Below, piece by piece: positions 8,680 through 19,183 of a DNA stretch of 64,000 nucleotides (position 1 is its first letter; each line of letters begins with the position of its first letter). The notes beneath the pieces are model-generated. The model was not told the DNA's origin, ran no database searches, and worked only from the letters and a program-made list of their open reading frames with translations. This stretch comes from an uncultured Bacillales bacterium (lineage in GTDB: Bacteria > Bacillota_I > Bacilli_A > RFN20 > CAG-288), in the NCBI GenBank assembly GCA_949287425.1, contig CASEGJ010000004.1, positions 325,727-389,726 on the forward strand. Reading direction: 5' to 3'. The translations under genes and the position numbers were made by a program.

Positions 8680-11589
8680 ATGAAGAAAAAAATTTTGCCT
8701 ATATGCCTATTAAGCGTCTTGCTATTTGGTATGGCAGCTTGTCAACCTTCAACAAAAGATAGTAGTTCATCTTCTGCTACTCAAACTAGTAGTTCTAGTC
8801 CAGTGACTTCTTCTAGTTCAACTAGCTCAGAAAGTTCTTCAAGTTCAAGTCAAGCAGAAGTTAGTTTTTCAATTGATTCTGATTCTGAAGTTGAAGTCGG
8901 TAAGTCAATAACTTTAGTCTTTTTGAAAAATGGCAGCCCTGATGTTAATGAAGTCACTTGGTCAATTACTTCTGGAAGTGAATTCGCTAGACTAGAAGGA
9001 AGTGTTTTAATCGGTGTTAAAGCTGGTACAGTTACTGTTAAAGGTACTACTAAAGAAGGTAGTGCTACTAAGACTATTACTGTTAAAGAAAGTAGTGTTC
9101 AATATATGTCCATTGCTGAAGCTAAGAAGCAAGCTGAAGGCACTTTAGTAACTGTTAAAGGTAAAGTTGTCGCTGTTTCTGGAACTTCCGCTTATATTGC
9201 TGATGAAACTGATTCAATTTATATTTATAACTGGTATTGTGATAAAAATGATACTGCTGTAGTTAATAAATCATTTACTTATGGTCAAACAGTAGCTATT
9301 AAAGCTAGCATTGCTAAGCATAGTGGAGCTATTCAGTTAAGCGATTATGAAAAAATTAGCGAAGATGAAGGAAGAAAAATTCCAGGAACTTATGCTTATG
9401 CTTTAGAAGAAGATATTACTCCTATTGCCCCTATTACTATTACTGAAGACACTTTAAAATCTTTAACTGCTGCTAATTCAGGTAATTTATATACATTTAC
9501 CGCTACATTTGTTAGTAAAGGCGAACCTGATAAAAATGGTCAAATTAATACAAATTGGAAAATCGGTGATAATAGTGTTGTTTTAAGAACTGATGGTAGA
9601 TATGATGTTAAACAAACTGAAGTTGTTGCAAAAGTTAATTCCTTACAAGCTGGTGTTAGCTATAAAATTACCACACCTTTATCTTGGTATAATGGTGTTC
9701 AATTTGCTTTCTTAGGACAAGGTACTACTATTGATGAAGTTATTTCTGTTTCAATTACTTCAACAGTTAATACTGTTGTTAAAGGGAAAACTATTACATT
9801 AACTGCTGGTACTAATGATGAAGCTGGTGTTACATGGACTTCTTCTGATGAAACTAAAGCTACAGTTTCTGAAGCTGGTGTAGTTACTGGTGTTGCTGCT
9901 GGTCAAGCTACAATTACTGCTACTTCTAAGACTGATCCAACTAAATCTGCTAGTGTAACTATTACTGTTACTGATGGTGAAGTTGCTGCTACTGCAATTA
10001 CTATTACTAATACTGAAACTTCTATCATGTTAAATGAAAGATTAACTTTAACTTCTAAAGTTACTCCAGATAACGCTACTAATAAGGAAGTTGAATATTC
10101 TATTAGTTCTGGTAGTGATTATGCTGAAATTGTTGATGGTAATATTTTAGTTGGTAAAGCTATTGGTAAAGTTACTGTTAAAGCTACAGTTAAAGGAACT
10201 AGTGTTTCTACAACTAAAGACTTTGACGTTGTTACTGATATCTATAAATTATCTGATGTTTTAGATTTACCTAATGGCACTAAGATTAAATCACGTGGTG
10301 TATATATGGGTAGAAGTAGTATGGTGAATAGTTATGGCAATTATAATAATTTCTATGTTGCTGATGGTGCTATTTCTTATCAATTATATAGAGTTGATGC
10401 TGATTTAGTTTCTAATTTAGATTTAGTGGCTGGAACAACTGTTGTTGAATTTGAAGGTGAAGTAGCTAATTATAAAGGTGATAAATACACTACATATGAA
10501 GCTGAAGTTACTTCAATCAAAATAGTTACTGATGATTCTGTTGTTGCTCCTACAGTTTCTATGTTAGATAATGAACATACTTATGAATTAACAGCTGATA
10601 AAATCAATGAAAAAGTTAGTATTAGTGATGCTATTGTTACTAATATTTCAAGAGATTCGTATGGTAGCTTAGATATGGACTTTAGAGTTGGTGAAGCTAC
10701 ATATAATCTAGATTTAGATAATAGATATGATAATTTAGAAACAGAAGCGTTCACTAATTTAAAGGTTAATGATATTGTTTCATTTAATTCATGGGTTACA
10801 GCTGGAAGCTCCGATTTGAAATTCTCTACAGTTGAAAACTTCACTATTACTGGTCATTTCTCTCAACCAGCTACTGCTATTAGTTTAACTGCAAGTTCTA
10901 CAACTATTAAAATTGGTAGTACCGCTACATTAACTGCTACTTTAACTCCTGCTGATTCTACTGATACTGTTTCATATGAAATTACTAGTGGTGAAGAATT
11001 TGTCGATTTAAACGGCAATATTGTTACTGGTAAAGCTGCTGGTAGTGCTACTATTGTTGCTAAAGCTGGTAATCTTACTAGTGATCCAGTAACTATTACT
11101 GTTACTAATGAGCAAGCTGTTACTAATAGTATGACTTATGATTACACAACTAATTGGGGAACTACTCAGGTTGGCGCTAATAATTTATTTTCAAAAGCTG
11201 GTAACAATGAAAATGTTTTAGCAGCTTTAAATAAAGGTGTTGATAATTCTATTATTAATGGAGTTACTAGTGTAGATTCTGCTTCTGTTAGTGATGAGTA
11301 TGATGGAATTAAATTTGGAACTAGTGATAAAGGTGGTGCTGTAACATTTACCACTTCTAAACCAGTAACTAAAATTTCTGTTAAATTGATGGCTTGGAAT
11401 AAAAAGAAAGTTACTGTCATGGTTAACGATCAAGAATTTGCAATTACAGAAAATAGTGATGGAACTATTAATTCATTAAAAGAAAAAGAATTTGTATTTG
11501 ATGAACCTACAACTACAATTACTATTTCTTCTGTTGCAAATAAATACAGATTTATATTAGGCGGAATGGTTCTAACTTATTCTGAATAA
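8680..11589 (+). CDS. Large surface lipoprotein with Ser-rich linker, four Big_2-like Ig domains and OB-fold-like segments
   Basis: Lipobox GMAACQ; Big_2-like repeats 'VTWSITSGSEFARL..GTVTVKGTT', 'VTWTSSDETKATV..GQATITATS', 'VEYSISSGSDYAEI..GKVTVKAT', 'VSYEITSGEEFVDL..GSATIVAKA'; OB-like 'GTLVTVKGKVVAVSGTSAYIADETDSIYIY'. Confidence 0.7.
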   Translation: MKKKILPICLLSVLLFGMAACQPSTKDSSSSSATQTSSSSPVTSSSSTSSESSSSSSQAEVSFSIDSDSEVEVGKSITLVFLKNGSPDVNEVTWSITSGSEFARLEGSVLIGVKAGTVTVKGTTKEGSATKTITVKESSVQYMSIAEAKKQAEGTLVTVKGKVVAVSGTSAYIADETDSIYIYNWYCDKNDTAVVNKSFTYGQTVAIKASIAKHSGAIQLSDYEKISEDEGRKIPGTYAYALEEDITPIAPITITEDTLKSLTAANSGNLYTFTATFVSKGEPDKNGQINTNWKIGDNSVVLRTDGRYDVKQTEVVAKVNSLQAGVSYKITTPLSWYNGVQFAFLGQGTTIDEVISVSITSTVNTVVKGKTITLTAGTNDEAGVTWTSSDETKATVSEAGVVTGVAAGQATITATSKTDPTKSASVTITVTDGEVAATAITITNTETSIMLNERLTLTSKVTPDNATNKEVEYSISSGSDYAEIVDGNILVGKAIGKVTVKATVKGTSVSTTKDFDVVTDIYKLSDVLDLPNGTKIKSRGVYMGRSSMVNSYGNYNNFYVADGAISYQLYRVDADLVSNLDLVAGTTVVEFEGEVANYKGDKYTTYEAEVTSIKIVTDDSVVAPTVSMLDNEHTYELTADKINEKVSISDAIVTNISRDSYGSLDMDFRVGEATYNLDLDNRYDNLETEAFTNLKVNDIVSFNSWVTAGSSDLKFSTVENFTITGHFSQPATAISLTASSTTIKIGSTATLTATLTPADSTDTVSYEITSGEEFVDLNGNIVTGKAAGSATIVAKAGNLTSDPVTITVTNEQAVTNSMTYDYTTNWGTTQVGANNLFSKAGNNENVLAALNKGVDNSIINGVTSVDSASVSDEYDGIKFGTSDKGGAVTFTTSKPVTKISVKLMAWNKKKVTVMVNDQEFAITENSDGTINSLKEKEFVFDEPTTTITISSVANKYRFILGGMVLTYSE
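8749..8866 (+). repeat. Ser/Thr-rich low-complexity linker coding region inside the lipoprotein gene
   Basis: Encodes STKDSSSSSATQTSSSSPVTSSSSTSSESSSSSSQ; runs of AGT/TCT codons. Confidence 0.6.
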
Positions 11590-11624
11590 TCATTGACAAT
11601 TTAATTAGTAATCTAGTTAAACTT

Positions 11625-11660
11625 ACTGCAGTTATTACTTAATAGCTGCAGTTTTTCTTT
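11625..11660 (+). terminator. Rho-independent terminator (ACTGCAG / CTGCAGT stem, 14-nt loop, T-run)
   Basis: Inverted repeat using the palindromic CTGCAG followed by TTTTT; 35 nt after the lipoprotein stop. Confidence 0.5.
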
Positions 11661-11699
11661 TCTTGTTTAATTAAATTTACTTTAATATAATACTTAGGT

Positions 11700-12920
11700 A
11701 TGAAGATTTCTAAAGTTAAAATTAAAGCTGAATGTGAAAGTAATGTTAATTTAAAACCTTTAAGAAGGTTATTTGCATATATTCTTGATTTTTTTGTCGG
11801 ATTAATTATCGCATCTTTTTTATTTGTTATCTGTGATTTAACTAGTAATTCTATTCCTAGTGTTTCTAATAGATCGACTGAATTAAGTAAGTTACAAGCT
11901 AACTTATATAGCTATGTCTATGATTCTAAATTGGATGTTGAAACCGCTAATGGAATGAAAGGTAGTATCGATATTTCTTATGATTATGTTAAAGCTCTTA
12001 CTTATAATAGCTTAGAAAATAAGGATGATATTTCTAGTAGTATTTATAGTGCTGATTTTGTTAATAATATTAAAGAAAATTCCAAATATTACGATAACTT
12101 GAATTACTACTATACTGAATTTAAAATTAAAAATATTTCTAATTATTCTAATGAAAGTCAAGCTAATAGTGGGGAAGAATATTTTCTTAAGATATATTTT
12201 GAAGATAGTGAGATTTCTTCATATTTTGAATCTAATTTAACTTATCCTGTATTAAAAGCTAATAATGCTAAAGCTATTAATGAATATCTTCAAAATTCTA
12301 ATTATGAAGTGGGTAAACAGATTCACGATAATTTAGTTAATCATTACAATAATTTACTTTTAGAAGCCTGTGATGATTTAGAAAACAATTATTTACCATA
12401 TTTTAACGATTTTAATAGTTATACTAATATTTCTAATGAATTATTTGAAATAAGGGTATATGAAGTGTTAATTAGTTATATTATCTCTTGTTTATTGTGT
12501 TATTTTGTTTTCCCAATGTGTTTTAAGAATGGAAGAACTATTTCTTATAGATGCATGCAAATATCTAGTTGTACATATCAAGGTTATAAAATTAAATGGT
12601 ACAACAATTTAATAAGCTGTTTTATGAAGCTACTTTGCTATGGATATATACCATTAGTTATTGTTGGAATTATCTATGGTAGTCAATCGGTTTCTTTATT
12701 TACTGTGGTGGTTTTAGGATTTGTTAATTTATTTGGTTTTGCTATTTTCTCTTTATTACTATCTATTCTTTCGTATCTATTTAGTTTGTTTTTAAGAAAG
12801 CAGAGCTTTTCTGAAATTGTTGCTAACATAGTTTTAAAAGATACTAGGGAATTTATTGTTACTAATAAAAAAGATAATCAAATTAAAGAAGTTGAAGATA
12901 ATTCTAAAGGGTTAGATTAA
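11700..12920 (+). CDS. RDD-family-like polytopic membrane protein (long form)
   Basis: 'RRLFAYILDFFVGLIIASF' RDD-type N-terminal helix; multiple TM helices C-terminally; paralog at 19696. Confidence 0.5.
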   Translation: MKISKVKIKAECESNVNLKPLRRLFAYILDFFVGLIIASFLFVICDLTSNSIPSVSNRSTELSKLQANLYSYVYDSKLDVETANGMKGSIDISYDYVKALTYNSLENKDDISSSIYSADFVNNIKENSKYYDNLNYYYTEFKIKNISNYSNESQANSGEEYFLKIYFEDSEISSYFESNLTYPVLKANNAKAINEYLQNSNYEVGKQIHDNLVNHYNNLLLEACDDLENNYLPYFNDFNSYTNISNELFEIRVYEVLISYIISCLLCYFVFPMCFKNGRTISYRCMQISSCTYQGYKIKWYNNLISCFMKLLCYGYIPLVIVGIIYGSQSVSLFTVVVLGFVNLFGFAIFSLLLSILSYLFSLFLRKQSFSEIVANIVLKDTREFIVTNKKDNQIKEVEDNSKGLD

Positions 12921-12922
12921 TA

Positions 12923-13918
12923 ATGGAAAATAAAGATTCTAATTTAGAAGACCAAGAATATGAAATTAATTATAAAGCGTGTAGTCTATCTAGATTATTT
13001 GCTTTTAATTTTTTTGATTTGTTTTGTGTCGCTATTTTATCTTTATTAATTTTATTACCAACTTTATTTATCATTCAATCTACTCCGAGTTATATTTCTA
13101 ATTTAGAAAGTAGAAATAGTATCTTAATCGAATCTAAATTGTATTTAAAATCAGGTGATAACGTAATTAAATTAATTGATTCATTAGAAAATGACACTCA
13201 GCTAACTTACGATGAAAAGTCTAGTAAATTAGATCAAGCTTATTCTTATTTTTTTACAACTTTTATTAATTTAGAGTTAGATAATAAAGGTTTAGAAACT
13301 TATCAAAACATAAAAATAGAAGCTAAATATAACAATGAAAACTTATTTAATTCTAACTATGAAAGAATCTTTATTAATTCAGATTACGATAAGATTTACT
13401 ATGACTTTTATAAAGATACTTATTCAACATGTATCGGTTATTTACCTTTAAATGAAACATATTTATCGACAAGAAGATATATTAATATAGTTAATCTTGC
13501 TAATATCTGTTCTATAATAGCTTTTAGTTTTGTTATTGTTTATTATGTCGTTCCTTGTTTTATTTTTTCACGCGGGAAGATGACTTTAGGTATGAAATTA
13601 ACTAGATTAGCTATGTTAGATGTAAATGGTCTATCTTGTTCGTGGAAAAGATTTACTTTGAGATTTCTATTTGTCTTTTTTATCGAATTTATTGGATCTA
13701 TTTTTTCTTTCCTAATCCCGATATTTATTTCTGTAGCAATGAATGTCTTTTTTAAAACAAAACAAGGCTTTGCTGATTGGATATTTAACACATACATAGT
13801 TTCAAGTGAAGATAGCTTAATTTATAAATCCGCTTTTGAATATAAAAGGGTATCTGATAAAAATTCCAGTTCAACTTTAATAGAAGATCTCAGCAAAAAA
13901 GATGTGAATTTTAAATAG
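12923..13918 (+). CDS. RDD-family membrane protein
   Basis: 'SRGKMTLGMKLTRLAMLDVNG' matches the RDD signature (R..TlGkkl.gl.v...dG); paralog at 20951 'KRGRQTIGMKMFKIALIGVDG'. Confidence 0.55.
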   Translation: MENKDSNLEDQEYEINYKACSLSRLFAFNFFDLFCVAILSLLILLPTLFIIQSTPSYISNLESRNSILIESKLYLKSGDNVIKLIDSLENDTQLTYDEKSSKLDQAYSYFFTTFINLELDNKGLETYQNIKIEAKYNNENLFNSNYERIFINSDYDKIYYDFYKDTYSTCIGYLPLNETYLSTRRYINIVNLANICSIIAFSFVIVYYVVPCFIFSRGKMTLGMKLTRLAMLDVNGLSCSWKRFTLRFLFVFFIEFIGSIFSFLIPIFISVAMNVFFKTKQGFADWIFNTYIVSSEDSLIYKSAFEYKRVSDKNSSSTLIEDLSKKDVNFK

Positions 13919-14032
13919 TTTGTTTACAAAGTATTTACAAATAGCTGTTTTTTAGACTTTAGTTTTAAATTAGTTTGTTATATCATAAAGTGTAAAGAAA
14001 ATTGATAGAAACTAGATATAAGGAAATTAAAT

Positions 14033-15520
14033 ATGGAAATTAGACTAATCGGTTTAACAAAAGAATTCCCAGGTGATCCTAAAAAGGACATTAAACCTAC
14101 TACTGCTGTCGATCATATTAATATTACAGTTAAAGATGGTGAGTTAATCGGTTTATTAGGACCTTCTGGTTGTGGTAAATCAACTACTTTATATATGTTA
14201 GCGGGTTTAAAAGAACCAACAAGTGGGGAAATCTTTTTTGATGATCAAGATGTTACTCATCTTGCTCCTGAAAAAAGAGGTATCGGTTTAGTTTTCCAAA
14301 ATTACGCTTTATATCCACATATGACTGTTTATAAAAACGTCGCTTTTCCATTAACTAATCTAAAAGTTAATGAACCTATGAAGAATGCTAATATTCTTAA
14401 ATATCAAAAAATAATTGAAATATTAAAAGAGCCTCAAAAGTTAGTAGATGCTATCACTTCTTCTGCTTATGAAAATAAAATCAACAAGAATTTTGCAATA
14501 GATAGTATCGCTAACCAATATCAAGTTTCTAAATATGTCGCTAGTGAGCTTTTTAAATTGAACTTACACGTCAGTGAAGATGTTTTATTAAAAGCTAATG
14601 AAGCTAGCGCTATCTATACTGAAAAATTAGATAAGGAAATTGAAAAAACCAAATCTAAGCTTGCTAAAAAAGGTTGGTCTATTACTGAAAAAGGTTTGTA
14701 TTTAGATCGAGATGGTAATCTTATTCCTAAAATTAGACGTTTAAGTAAAGATGAAATTGACGCTTTAGTTAGAGAAGCTGCTAGACTAGTTCAAATTGAA
14801 GATTACTTAGGCAGAAAACCCTCTGAACTTTCTGGTGGTCAACAACAGCGTGTCGCTATTGCTCGTGCTTTAGTTAAAAAGCCTAGAGTCTTACTTTTAG
14901 ATGAACCATTATCTAACTTAGATGCTAGACTAAGATTACAAACTAGAGAAGAAATTAGAAGAATTCAAAAAGAAACTGGTATTACTACTGTCTTTGTTAC
15001 TCATGACCAAGAAGAAGCTATGTCAATTTGCGATGATATTGTTGTTATGAAGCTTGGGGTTGAAATGCAAATGGGTCATCCTCAAGAAGTTTATAAAGAC
15101 CCTCATAACTTATTTGTCGCTAAGTTTTTAGGCACACCTCCTATCAATGTTTTTGAAGGGTATATTAAAGATAATAAAGTTTATATCGGTGATGAAGTTA
15201 TTTATAGAACTCCAAGTAAAGTAGATCAACAACTTAAAGATGGTAAAGTCTATGTTGGAATTAGACCTGAAGGCTTTATTTCTAGTGAAGAATTAACTTC
15301 TACTCGTACTCCTAGACTAACTTTAAATATCGATCATTTAGTTACTATGGGTAGAGATGTCTCTTTAGAAGCTAGCCATCCTTGCTTTAAAGGAGATGAA
15401 ATTAAAATTATTATCGATTCCGATTTAGATGTTAAATTAGGTAAAGCTAAATTTGGAATTAAACCTAATAAGATGTTTGTCTTCGATGGCGAAACTGAAG
15501 AAAGAATATATTTAAAATAA
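14033..15520 (+). CDS. Sugar-type ABC transporter ATP-binding protein, paralog 2, with helical-subdomain insertion
   Basis: Same motifs as copy 1; nt 14810-15190 near-identical to 2030-2400. Confidence 0.85.
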   Translation: MEIRLIGLTKEFPGDPKKDIKPTTAVDHINITVKDGELIGLLGPSGCGKSTTLYMLAGLKEPTSGEIFFDDQDVTHLAPEKRGIGLVFQNYALYPHMTVYKNVAFPLTNLKVNEPMKNANILKYQKIIEILKEPQKLVDAITSSAYENKINKNFAIDSIANQYQVSKYVASELFKLNLHVSEDVLLKANEASAIYTEKLDKEIEKTKSKLAKKGWSITEKGLYLDRDGNLIPKIRRLSKDEIDALVREAARLVQIEDYLGRKPSELSGGQQQRVAIARALVKKPRVLLLDEPLSNLDARLRLQTREEIRRIQKETGITTVFVTHDQEEAMSICDDIVVMKLGVEMQMGHPQEVYKDPHNLFVAKFLGTPPINVFEGYIKDNKVYIGDEVIYRTPSKVDQQLKDGKVYVGIRPEGFISSEELTSTRTPRLTLNIDHLVTMGRDVSLEASHPCFKGDEIKIIIDSDLDVKLGKAKFGIKPNKMFVFDGETEERIYLK

Positions 15521-15529
15521 AAGGTAAAT

Positions 15530-16465
15530 ATGGAAAAGAACAACAATTGGAAAGCGTGGTTATATCTAGCTCCAGCTTTGATACTAATGGGTATATTTAC
15601 TTTCTTCCCATTAATTAACACATTTATCGTTTCATTTTTAAAAGATTACAATTCCGCTACTGGAGCTAATAGTGGTTTTACTTTTGAAAACTACGGAAGA
15701 GTATTAGGAATTACTCCAGTCGATGCTGAACTTGGTATTTACGATAATAACTTTTTATCTTTTACCGGTCCTTCAGCTTTAACTAATACTTTGCTTATTA
15801 CTTTTGTTACTGTTCCTATTTCTGTTATTATCGCTTTAGCGATTTCTATTTTATTAAACAATATTAAGGTCTGTAGAAAGTTTTTACAAACTGTATTTTT
15901 TATGCCTTATGTCACTAATATCATCGCTGTAGGTATGGTTTTCTCAGTTATGTTTTCTTCAACTGGTATTATCAACAGAATATTTGGTATTGATGGAACT
16001 AACTGGATAGGTGTTGGTGCTAGCTGGGGAAAATCGATGTTTGTATTATGCATCTATGTTATTTGGAACGCATTACCTTATAAGATATTGATTTTCTCAT
16101 CAGGTTTACAAGGAATTGATAAACAGTATTATGAAGCGGCTAAAATTGATTCTACACCTAGATTTAAAGTTGCTACTAAAATAACGATTCCTTTACTTTC
16201 ACCTCAAATTTTATATATTACAATTACTTCATTTATTTCTGCATTTAAAGAATATAACGCTATTATTGGTTTATTTAATAGAAACTATACAACTAGTGGC
16301 AATGTTCCTGATTTATATACTGTCGTTTATTATATTTACGATATGTTAAATTCTGGAACTAGTATGGTTCAATTTGCCTGTGCTGGTGCTGTTGTTTTAT
16401 TTGTAATTATCATGTTATTTACTTTAATTCAAATGCAAATTTCTAAAAGAAAGGTGGTTTATTAA
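15530..16465 (+). CDS. ABC transporter permease (paralog of 2753..3697)
   Basis: Protein-level similarity along its full length, 6 TM. Confidence 0.8.
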   Translation: MEKNNNWKAWLYLAPALILMGIFTFFPLINTFIVSFLKDYNSATGANSGFTFENYGRVLGITPVDAELGIYDNNFLSFTGPSALTNTLLITFVTVPISVIIALAISILLNNIKVCRKFLQTVFFMPYVTNIIAVGMVFSVMFSSTGIINRIFGIDGTNWIGVGASWGKSMFVLCIYVIWNALPYKILIFSSGLQGIDKQYYEAAKIDSTPRFKVATKITIPLLSPQILYITITSFISAFKEYNAIIGLFNRNYTTSGNVPDLYTVVYYIYDMLNSGTSMVQFACAGAVVLFVIIMLFTLIQMQISKRKVVY

Positions 16466-16467
16466 TT

Positions 16468-17436
16468 ATGTTAGCTAGAAAGACACCATTAATAACTACC
16501 AAGTTAAATCTTATCGTTCCTGGTAAAGCTAAAGATGTTAGAACTACTCAGCAAAAAGATAATACTTTGCATATTCTTAGCTTAATTCTCATTTATGCTA
16601 TTTTGATATTTGCTGCTATTATTGTTATTTTCCCATTTGTCTATATGATTTTAGCTTCCTTTATGAAAGAATCCGTTTTAACTACAGGTGCTTTCTTACC
16701 TGAAACTAATAATTTATGGGAAGATATAACTTATAACTATACAAGTACATTAGAAAGATTTAGTTACTTAAAATATATCGGTAACACTTTAGTTGTTGGT
16801 ATTACTACTACTTTACTATGTATTATTGTTACTATCTTATCAGCTTTTGCATTTGCTAGATTGAAATTTAGAGGTAGAGACTTTTTATTTACTATCTTTT
16901 TAGGAACTATGATGATTCCTGGGGAAATGATGGTTATTACTAACTATTTAACTTTGACTAATTTAGGGTTAATTTCTCCTAATCAAAATGCTATTGAAGC
17001 ATATTCATCCATGGTTTTACCATTTATTGCTAGTGTATTTTATATTTATTTACTTAGACAAAACTTCATGCAGATACCTAACGAATTATACTTAGCTGCT
17101 AAAGTCGATGGAAAATCAGATTGGTCCTATCTATGGAAAGTTATGGTTCCATTAGCGGCTCCAACTTTAATTACAGTTTGTATTCTTTCTTTAATTGGTT
17201 CTTGGAATGCTTATGTTTGGCCAAGACAAGTTACTTTAAATACTAATTTCTGGGTTATTTCAGTTGCTGTTAGAGGTGAAGCATTAACTAGGTTAGATCC
17301 TACTGGTATTAGAATACCGATGTCTTCATGGCAGATGTGTGCATCAGTTTTAACTGTTGTACCTTTATTAATCTTGTTTATTATCTTTAGAAAATACATC
17401 ATGAGCGGTACAGGCCGTGCTGGTATTAAAGGCTAA
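16468..17436 (+). CDS. ABC transporter permease (paralog of 3700..4632)
   Basis: 'LYLAAKVDGKSDWSYLWKVMVPLAAPTL', C-terminal 'FRKYIMSGTGRAGIKG'. Confidence 0.8.
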   Translation: MLARKTPLITTKLNLIVPGKAKDVRTTQQKDNTLHILSLILIYAILIFAAIIVIFPFVYMILASFMKESVLTTGAFLPETNNLWEDITYNYTSTLERFSYLKYIGNTLVVGITTTLLCIIVTILSAFAFARLKFRGRDFLFTIFLGTMMIPGEMMVITNYLTLTNLGLISPNQNAIEAYSSMVLPFIASVFYIYLLRQNFMQIPNELYLAAKVDGKSDWSYLWKVMVPLAAPTLITVCILSLIGSWNAYVWPRQVTLNTNFWVISVAVRGEALTRLDPTGIRIPMSSWQMCASVLTVVPLLILFIIFRKYIMSGTGRAGIKG

Positions 17437-17478
17437 AGATAGTAAAATATATAACTTATTTACAAGGAGGAAAATTTA

Positions 17479-19158
17479 ATGAATAAGTTAATGAAAAGAA
17501 CATGCAAAGCTATGTTACTTTGCGCTGGCTTAGTCGGCTTAGTCGGTTGTCAACCTGAAGACACTCGTACTACTGTTATTTGGTGGAATAACTACCAAGT
17601 TCCAGCTGATGGAATGTCTGAAGAAGAAGCTAGAAAAGATTCAGATTATACTGAATACTTCTTCACAAAGGATTTGATTGAAGAATTCGAAGCTGAACAC
17701 ACTGATATTCATATCGAAACTGTTTATCATGGTGCTTATGGTACTATTGCTGAAGATTTAAAGCAAGCTTTAAATTCACCTAACTTACCTAACATCGCTT
17801 CTGGTTATCCTGATAATGTTGCTATTTATAATGGCGCTGGTGTTACTTTAGATATGAGCCAATATGTCGATTCTGAAACTATCGGCTTTGGTAAAAAGAC
17901 TGTCAATGGTGAAACTGTCGATGATCCTACTACTGTTGCTAGTGATTTAAACCAAAACTATTTCAATGCTGAAAAAGGCATGTATGCTAACAATCACTAT
18001 TTATCATTACCATATTCAAAATCTAGTGAAACTTTAGTTGTTAACCAAACTGTCTTTGATCAAGTTGGTGCAGGTGCTTCTGGTACTTCTTCTTCATCTG
18101 AAACTGGTTATCAAGCTCCTACTGCTAAAGCTAGCAAAACTAAATATGAAATCCCTCAAAACTGGACTGAATTAATTCAAACCGCTAGAAAGATGAAAGC
18201 TGATTATCCTGAAGTCTTTGCTGATAATAATCCTAAAGATGGCAAGGATGCAAATGTTGATTCACAAGGTTTCTTCAACGCTGTTCCTTTCTGTTGGGAT
18301 TCTGCTGAAAATATGATTATCTCATTATTGCAAAATATGGATATTCCATATACTGATGCAAACGGAAATTCTAATGCTACTAAGATTTTATTCAATAATA
18401 CTGAAGCTAAAAAATTAGTCGCCCAATTAAAGAAATGGAATAATGAAGGTTTAATTGCTACTCAAGATCAACTTTACATTTCTGATCCTACCAAAGGTTA
18501 TCACCAATATTCTTCCACCATGGTTGCTCAAGGTGATTGCTTTATGTGTGTTTCTTCTACCGCTGGTTCAAGATATTTCTCAGCTGATGGTTTCTATGTT
18601 AGCTTCAATCACACTCCTAATATCGATCAAACCATCTATCAAGTAGATGCTGATCAAGATGTTGAAGCTACTTCTGAAGCTAAAGATGCTAAAGTTATTT
18701 CTCAAGGTCCTTCTTTAACCTTCTTCAAGAAATCTGAAAATGGTCAAGATCCTTCTGAATTAGCTAGCTGGGAATTCTATAAATTCTTAACCAATGCTGA
18801 AAACTCTGCTAACTTAGCTGTTGCTACTTCTTATTTCCCAATTAGAACTTCTTCATATGATAATGAAAAAGTTAAAGCTTTAACTGGTGCTAAGGCTGTT
18901 ACTGCTGCTTCTACTACCGCTGAAAAGAACAGCTATTATTCTGGTTCTGTTTTGAAATTAAATCAAACTTACACCGCTAATAATAACTACTTCTTATCAC
19001 CTGTTTTCGATATGTCAGCTGATGCTAGAACCGCTATCGGTGATTTAATTGAAGAAGTCTTCAACGCTACAGCTACTACTGATTCAGAAATCAACGCTGT
19101 TGTTGAAACTGCATTTACTAATGCTATCAACAAAGTCGTTACTTCTTCTTCTAACTAA
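17479..19158 (+). CDS. Lipoprotein, extracellular solute-binding protein (paralogous position to 4688..6247)
   Basis: Signal peptide plus lipobox LVGLVGCQ; RBS AGGAGG upstream. Confidence 0.65.
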   Translation: MNKLMKRTCKAMLLCAGLVGLVGCQPEDTRTTVIWWNNYQVPADGMSEEEARKDSDYTEYFFTKDLIEEFEAEHTDIHIETVYHGAYGTIAEDLKQALNSPNLPNIASGYPDNVAIYNGAGVTLDMSQYVDSETIGFGKKTVNGETVDDPTTVASDLNQNYFNAEKGMYANNHYLSLPYSKSSETLVVNQTVFDQVGAGASGTSSSSETGYQAPTAKASKTKYEIPQNWTELIQTARKMKADYPEVFADNNPKDGKDANVDSQGFFNAVPFCWDSAENMIISLLQNMDIPYTDANGNSNATKILFNNTEAKKLVAQLKKWNNEGLIATQDQLYISDPTKGYHQYSSTMVAQGDCFMCVSSTAGSRYFSADGFYVSFNHTPNIDQTIYQVDADQDVEATSEAKDAKVISQGPSLTFFKKSENGQDPSELASWEFYKFLTNAENSANLAVATSYFPIRTSSYDNEKVKALTGAKAVTAASTTAEKNSYYSGSVLKLNQTYTANNNYFLSPVFDMSADARTAIGDLIEEVFNATATTDSEINAVVETAFTNAINKVVTSSSN

Positions 19159-19183
19159 TAAAAATTAAACTTACTTAACAAAA

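Noticed and set aside
8749-11589. Possible CRISPR array or tandem DNA repeat in the Ser-rich/Big_2 region
   Set aside because: The repetition is at the protein-domain level (Ig-like Big_2 modules and a poly-Ser linker). There are no exact direct repeats with unique spacers.
13919-14032. Possible IS element or integrase boundary between the two duplicated modules
   Set aside because: Only 114 bp of AT-rich intergenic DNA with direct TTTACAAA repeats. There is no transposase ORF or terminal inverted repeats.
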